UHGV virus genome: UHGV-1364187
Reading direction: 5' to 3' (one strand)
Source of the DNA: a virus
DNA length: 64,000 nt
Each line of letters starts with the position of its first letter. Position 1 is the first letter of the stretch. The notes beneath the pieces are model-generated. The model was not told where the DNA came from and did no database searches. It saw nothing but the letters and a program-made list of their open reading frames with translations. Both the position numbers and the translations under genes were made by a program. Of this stretch, positions 60,501-64,000 are shown piece by piece.

Positions 60501-60992
60501 CAAATTGATGATTTAAAAAATAACAGTACAAGTTCTAGTAATGTATATACAAAATCAGAAATTGATACAATTTTATTAAATAAAGCTAATAGTGGTGATA
60601 CTTATACTAAAACAGAAATAGATAATAAGTTTCAAACTATAGATAATGCAATAAATAGTGCTGCTAATATGGCAACTAAGACTGATCTTGATAATTATTA
60701 TACTAAAACAGAAATAGATAATAAGTTTCAAACTATAGATAATGCAATAAATAGTGCTGCTAATATGGCAACTAAGGCTGATCTTGATAATTATTACAAT
60801 AAGACAGAGATAGATAATAAACTATCTGGTTATTATTCTAAAACTGAAATTGATAATAAAATAAATGCTCTATCAAATAGAATAACAGCACTTGAATCTA
60901 GAAAAACATTAGTTCCTATTACAGAAGCAGAGTATAATGCGTTATCAACAGCAAATAAAAATGATACTACAAAAATATACGCAATATATTAA
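57579..60992 (+). CDS. long tail fibre protein
   Basis: 1137 aa. Repeated DPLHRTVTDA.I.RW blocks, Gly-rich linker GGGSGSGS, C-terminal YTKTEIDNK repeats including an exact 96-bp tandem duplication. RBS AAAAAAGGAG. Confidence 0.6.
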   Translation: MAITNFTNKAKRFSVLVLPYEKKDMAVAKELIIDYDNGHIYVVDKTGTRIISITKDLQDSIDNIINNGGNIINVTNPSDNTTQILNDVLKNIYNYVNASVEGLCIKKPARLLCDTNIAVLNGLPGDIDNVTVNDGDDILLIAQDDKRLNGKWKVNASGDWKRSDDLNSQTELVRSAFFFIDEGDKYKSTGWLLTTDNPVIDSSDLEFEIFSRQEDILAGTGLVRTGNEFSLAECVIPGTATKVRWDQYGRIVGWENPTTLFEYGITDAVPLSHIGSGGDQHAIVTVDEHGFSSKEDKQMLDSLMPTIEDLEIKTNEKLNIKSEIEFISQDPIEIQLQGETEIVNDLLTDSATKALAAGQGKVLYDLLNYLFQNTNEDGTPYTKLWMGTLSQYYNLLEKDPVTLYMSTDYVNENTALSMGSNVEEIIMMLQLMQSSKVSKEGDIVNGDLIVGSSVKNQNLKVYGNIYINGVLLDQAFAPIDHEHDDMVSQIDFDAKLKKKADKYHTHVIPDVEGLKEALDSKAAIDHTHNLIYYDKEELDFLLSTKAPVNHKHKVADIIDLFTKGDSTGAKMELWLKNMISDPLHRTVTDAQIARWEQMVNGTSTNTGGISKLELDSHNNDSNAHPDIRESIREILDELGSASLTSNLNIKESINELYTKLPTVTNSAKLMKEACNVIITQDNTTNVPIGFTGFDPDIHTLLVFKNSTYYHPIEDYTMNGTTSIDLTKEIVPSGTIFTFVVLWVEGDVLGGGSGSGSISQDIYDLLDNKADLDHEHKLKDLIDDPLHRTVTDAMIDRWNNGTTSSGNNNGIDAAMLIAAHNVDTTSHDDLRTKVDEIYNNMSNVLFKTKVIELIPTRDNQTEFSVNMNDLAKEKYGHFVMFNSTATSDYVLSDYKLKFNEPCNLTDKIKLVLFWIDGNILVQNSAAGSVAWDSLTQAVKNTINNKIDKTEVYTKTELDTLINSLASTTITDDLQRQIDDLKNNSTSSSNVYTKSEIDTILLNKANSGDTYTKTEIDNKFQTIDNAINSAANMATKTDLDNYYTKTEIDNKFQTIDNAINSAANMATKADLDNYYNKTEIDNKLSGYYSKTEIDNKINALSNRITALESRKTLVPITEAEYNALSTANKNDTTKIYAIY
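60605..60796 (+). repeat. 2 x 96-bp near-perfect tandem repeat inside the tail fibre gene
   Basis: The two copies of tactaaaacagaaatagataataagtttcaaactatagataatgcaataaatagtgctgctaatatggcaactaag[a/g]ctgatcttgataattatta differ at one base. Confidence 0.8.
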
Positions 60993-61021
60993 TAACCGAA
61001 CATTAAGGTATAGGATACAAT

Positions 61022-61054
61022 ATTAAGGTATCTTATACCTTAATATATTTTTAT
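61022..61054 (+). terminator. rho-independent terminator after the long tail fibre gene
   Basis: Stem attaaggtat/ataccttaat followed by atatttttat. Confidence 0.6.
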
Positions 61055-61071
61055 AAAAGGAGGTTAAATAT

Positions 61072-62397
61072 ATGGAAATATCATATGGAAATAAAAGAGT
61101 TCTAAAAGTGTTTAGACAAGATAAATGTGTTAGTATTGGAATTCCTAAATCTAAATTATTACTTCATTTAGATAGTATAGGAATGGAGAATACTAAACTC
61201 GAGACTAGAAATAAATTCTATGATATAAGTGGAAATAATAATCATTTTAATCTATATAATTTCGATTTTAATGATGAAAATGGTTGGTTAGAAAATAACC
61301 TTCATTTTAATGGTGAAACTACATATATTGAGAATTATACATTTAATACTATAAATGTATATACTATATCTATATCTTTTCATGTCCCACCTAATGGTAA
61401 TTTTGCTGGATCATTTCCTGGTATAAATAAAGTATATACTAATAATGGAACTTTATATATCAATGTGTCAAGTAGTTCAAAAATATCATTAAATAGTGTA
61501 ATAAAACCAAACAAATTCTACAATCTCATTATGACATATGAAGCTGGAAGATTTACTGTATATCTTAATGGAGAGAAACGTAGAGTGTATAGTAATGTGA
61601 ATAAAGGATATGTAACTAATTTCTGTTTAGGTAGAAGTGTTGATTTTACATATGGAGAATTTATGTTACATTCAGTGCAATATTATTCCAAAGCATTAAC
61701 TGCACAAGAATTAAAAACGTTAAGTGATTTAGAACAAAAAAGATATATAGTATATTACGATAAGAATATGGTTATGGATGTAAGAGGGTATAACTCTATG
61801 CTAAAATACGGAGGATTTATTAGTATTAGAGATAATAGTATACATCATAATCACTTAAGATGTAGCAAATGGTATACACATTTTCCTAAAACTAGATCTT
61901 ATGCTATGACTGGAACAAATAGTATGAATATAGTTGGAAGACCTTTACTTATGGATTCATTCACACTAGAATTTGTAATAAGTCATATAAAATACATGTT
62001 TGCTGAAGAAGTATTTTTAATGGGTAAATATAAAAAAGGAGAATATGGTATAGAAATAACTCTTAATGTAAGAGGGTTAATCTTACGTATTCATGGTAAA
62101 ACTCAATTAGAATATTTATATCCTATAAATTATACAAATAAAAGAACTTCTATTAGTATAGTATATGATAGAAAGAATCAACAATTGATATTATATCATA
62201 ATGCTAATAGAGTTAAATTATTTGAGAATGTAGATTATATATCAAATATAAATGATATGACTATGAATTTCGCAAGAAAAGATGGATATTTCCCATTCAT
62301 TGGAAATATCTGTTGTATAAGAATGTATAATGAAGCTATATCTAGTTCATGTATCAATGATAATTATGAACAAGATATGGATATTTATAGACAATAG
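61072..62397 (+). CDS. putative tandem concanavalin A-like/LamG-like lectin-fold protein
   Basis: Two segments, each of the type ...YNLIMTYEAGRFTVYLNGEK.. and ..ISIVYDRKNQQLILYHNANR... RBS AAAAGGAGG. Confidence 0.35.
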   Translation: MEISYGNKRVLKVFRQDKCVSIGIPKSKLLLHLDSIGMENTKLETRNKFYDISGNNNHFNLYNFDFNDENGWLENNLHFNGETTYIENYTFNTINVYTISISFHVPPNGNFAGSFPGINKVYTNNGTLYINVSSSSKISLNSVIKPNKFYNLIMTYEAGRFTVYLNGEKRRVYSNVNKGYVTNFCLGRSVDFTYGEFMLHSVQYYSKALTAQELKTLSDLEQKRYIVYYDKNMVMDVRGYNSMLKYGGFISIRDNSIHHNHLRCSKWYTHFPKTRSYAMTGTNSMNIVGRPLLMDSFTLEFVISHIKYMFAEEVFLMGKYKKGEYGIEITLNVRGLILRIHGKTQLEYLYPINYTNKRTSISIVYDRKNQQLILYHNANRVKLFENVDYISNINDMTMNFARKDGYFPFIGNICCIRMYNEAISSSCINDNYEQDMDIYRQ

Positions 62398-62411
62398 AAA
62401 GGAGGATATAT

Positions 62412-63128
62412 ATGGGAAAATATTCTATAAAACCAGGTATAATCCATATTGGAACTGATGCATTATCTCCATATGTTCATACAAGTACAGTAATAGTAGA
62501 CAAGAATACAAAACTTAAAACTATACTTGATGAAACTTATAGAAAATATTATGAAAGAAATAAACCTACATGGGAAAGGGTGACAGTAAATATATCACCA
62601 GATGATTGGATTGCTGCTGATGGTATGTATAAATATCATATAATCTCTTATAAAGATAGAGAATATATGAAGTATAATATTATATGTGAAACTGAAGTTA
62701 GTATTTCTAATATGCTAATATTATTAGCAAATGAAAGATACAAGTTTATTAAATCTGAATGTATAGATGGTGAGGTTTATACATATACTAATGTGAAACC
62801 TAAACATAATATACGATTAGACATATTAACTATATGGACTGGGAATACATTATATTTTCAAGGAACACCAAAAAATCTAAAAGTAAATTTAAAACAAAAC
62901 AAATTTACTGTTTTAGATGATGAAAATTGTATGTATAAAGTAAATGTTGGTGATTTAGATTTAGCAACAAATCATTTCGTTACATGTACTTTTGACAATT
63001 ATAATATGCAAAAGTTTTTACAAAGTAATAATAGATTTATAACAGCATCATATTCGTATGGAGAAATAACAATATATACAGAATTTCCATTTGATGCAAC
63101 TGTTATATTAATAATTCATAGATGTTAA
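62412..63128 (+). CDS. hypothetical protein, paralogous to the next ORF
   Basis: V.ISPDDW block is shared with 63143+. RBS GAAAGGAGG. Confidence 0.45.
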   Translation: MGKYSIKPGIIHIGTDALSPYVHTSTVIVDKNTKLKTILDETYRKYYERNKPTWERVTVNISPDDWIAADGMYKYHIISYKDREYMKYNIICETEVSISNMLILLANERYKFIKSECIDGEVYTYTNVKPKHNIRLDILTIWTGNTLYFQGTPKNLKVNLKQNKFTVLDDENCMYKVNVGDLDLATNHFVTCTFDNYNMQKFLQSNNRFITASYSYGEITIYTEFPFDATVILIIHRC

Positions 63129-63142
63129 GGAGGTTTATTATT

Positions 63143-64000
63143 ATGGCTAATCAAGATTTAGAAACGTTTGGGTATATTCTTCATCCAGGATTTGCTCAAA
63201 CAGCACAAGGTGAAAAATGTTCACCGTTAACTCATGTATCAACAGTATATGATGGTGATAAATCATTGACAGAGATTATAAAAGAAATTACAGACGAGAA
63301 GAATAAATTACCAGAAATTACTGTAGTAGAAGTAGAAGTTAATCCAGATGATTGGAATGAACAACCAGATGGATCATTTGAATATGATTATACAGATTCT
63401 ATATTAAACGATAAATTAATGACAGAAGTTCAAGCTGATAAAGAAAACATGAAAAAAATAGTAAATGATAAAATTAGATGGGCTTTAACTGAAGATATTG
63501 TTGGTAATACAGTACCAATATTCATTCAGAAAAAACCTACACAACGATTAATATTGAAATTATTAATATATAGCAAATATATTAAGATACCATTATCTAT
63601 CCAAGAACCAAATTGGGAAGCAAATAATGTATCTAAAGAATATTTGTATGCAGATGATGTAATATTAGCATCACATCTAGCATTATTCAGACTAGATAGA
63701 ACAAATATAAATAAATTCTTAGATAATAATTACTCTATAACAAAAACTAAAAAAGGTGAAGTTACAGTATATACAGATAATGCAGTATCGTTAGATAGTC
63801 AGGTTATTTTACTAGATACTGGTTTAACTGCATCTGATTTAGATGATGATAATGGAGGAACTGGAGGTGGAACAAGTACAACACCATCAACTCCAAAAGA
63901 TGATAAAGTTGGAGATGTATTAACAGCAGTTCAAAGATGTAACTTAACTGGTTCTCTAAAGGATTATGAAATTTCAGAAAATGTTGTCGAAAAAGGTATG
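63143..64000 (+). CDS. hypothetical protein (3' end outside the window)
   Basis: RBS TAAGGAGG. Open to the end of the window. Confidence 0.45.
   Translation, partial: MANQDLETFGYILHPGFAQTAQGEKCSPLTHVSTVYDGDKSLTEIIKEITDEKNKLPEITVVEVEVNPDDWNEQPDGSFEYDYTDSILNDKLMTEVQADKENMKKIVNDKIRWALTEDIVGNTVPIFIQKKPTQRLILKLLIYSKYIKIPLSIQEPNWEANNVSKEYLYADDVILASHLALFRLDRTNINKFLDNNYSITKTKKGEVTVYTDNAVSLDSQVILLDTGLTASDLDDDNGGTGGGTSTTPSTPKDDKVGDVLTAVQRCNLTGSLKDYEISENVVEKGM

Noticed and set aside
1-64000. Genome-wide stop-codon reassignment (TGA as a sense codon)
   Set aside because: Genes of 686-1137 aa are uninterrupted under the standard code and use TGG for Trp. Gene ends use TAA, TAG and TGA (for example 24550-24552 and 57233-57235), with TAA predominant. 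Only a few accessory ORFs show in-frame stops.
1-64000. tRNA genes, CRISPR arrays, integrase/attachment sites, transposases
   Set aside because: No GC-enriched cloverleaf-capable segments, no direct-repeat/spacer arrays and no recombinase-like ORFs were seen in this window.

Overview
The window is an AT-rich (~28-30% GC) stretch of what looks like a large dsDNA phage, most likely infecting a low-GC, spore-forming Firmicute. The hints for that host are a SpoIIID-like regulator, PBSX-type XkdX genes and SH3b-type lysins. No host genes, tRNAs or CRISPR arrays are present.

Layout by strand block:
- 236-8727 (+): early DNA-metabolism genes. These are a Dda/RecD-like helicase, a Q/P/M/Y-rich zinc-ribbon protein, and a T4/GyrBA-like type II topoisomerase pair.
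- 8811-31354 (+): structural, tail-fibre and receptor-binding module, ending with a GH73 lysin at 31370.
  - Paralog families with YTKTE(I/V)D repeats.
  - Three receptor-binding-like paralogs sharing an FSYPVAES C-terminus.
  - Glycosidase and pectate-lyase-fold depolymerase-like genes, including a decayed duplicate.
  - Three Kelch/beta-propeller paralogs.
  - Two XkdX-like genes.
- 32055-37960 (-): replication and nuclease block. It holds a DnaB-like ATPase, an Mre11/SbcD-like phosphoesterase, an MBL-fold hydrolase, a PD-(D/E)xK nuclease and a SpoIIID-like HTH regulator.
- 38065-42207 (+): a two-gene island containing a 1061-aa PA14-domain protein.
- 42230-57451 (-): accessory block.
  - Two tandem BCS1-like AAA+ ATPases under a consensus sigma-A promoter.
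  - An amidase_2 endolysin.
  - Two fibre-like proteins, a Bro-N protein and a DHH/DHHA1 phosphoesterase.
- 57579-end (+): a 1137-aa tail fibre plus lectin-like proteins.

Signals not explained by the gene calls:
- A short peptide motif (hydrophobic-hydrophobic-P-A-T/V-I/F, then an acidic tail) sits at the termini of about nine DNA-metabolism proteins. Codon usage differs between instances.
- A conserved ~30-bp promoter element (TTTTCAATTATATATTATAAATATGAA) lies upstream of at least six early/accessory genes.
- A family of related AGAGAG-core terminator hairpins is scattered through the minus-strand block.
- Several genes carry single in-frame stop codons followed by long open continuations.

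All protein-family calls rest on motif recognition by eye. Nothing was searched against a database.
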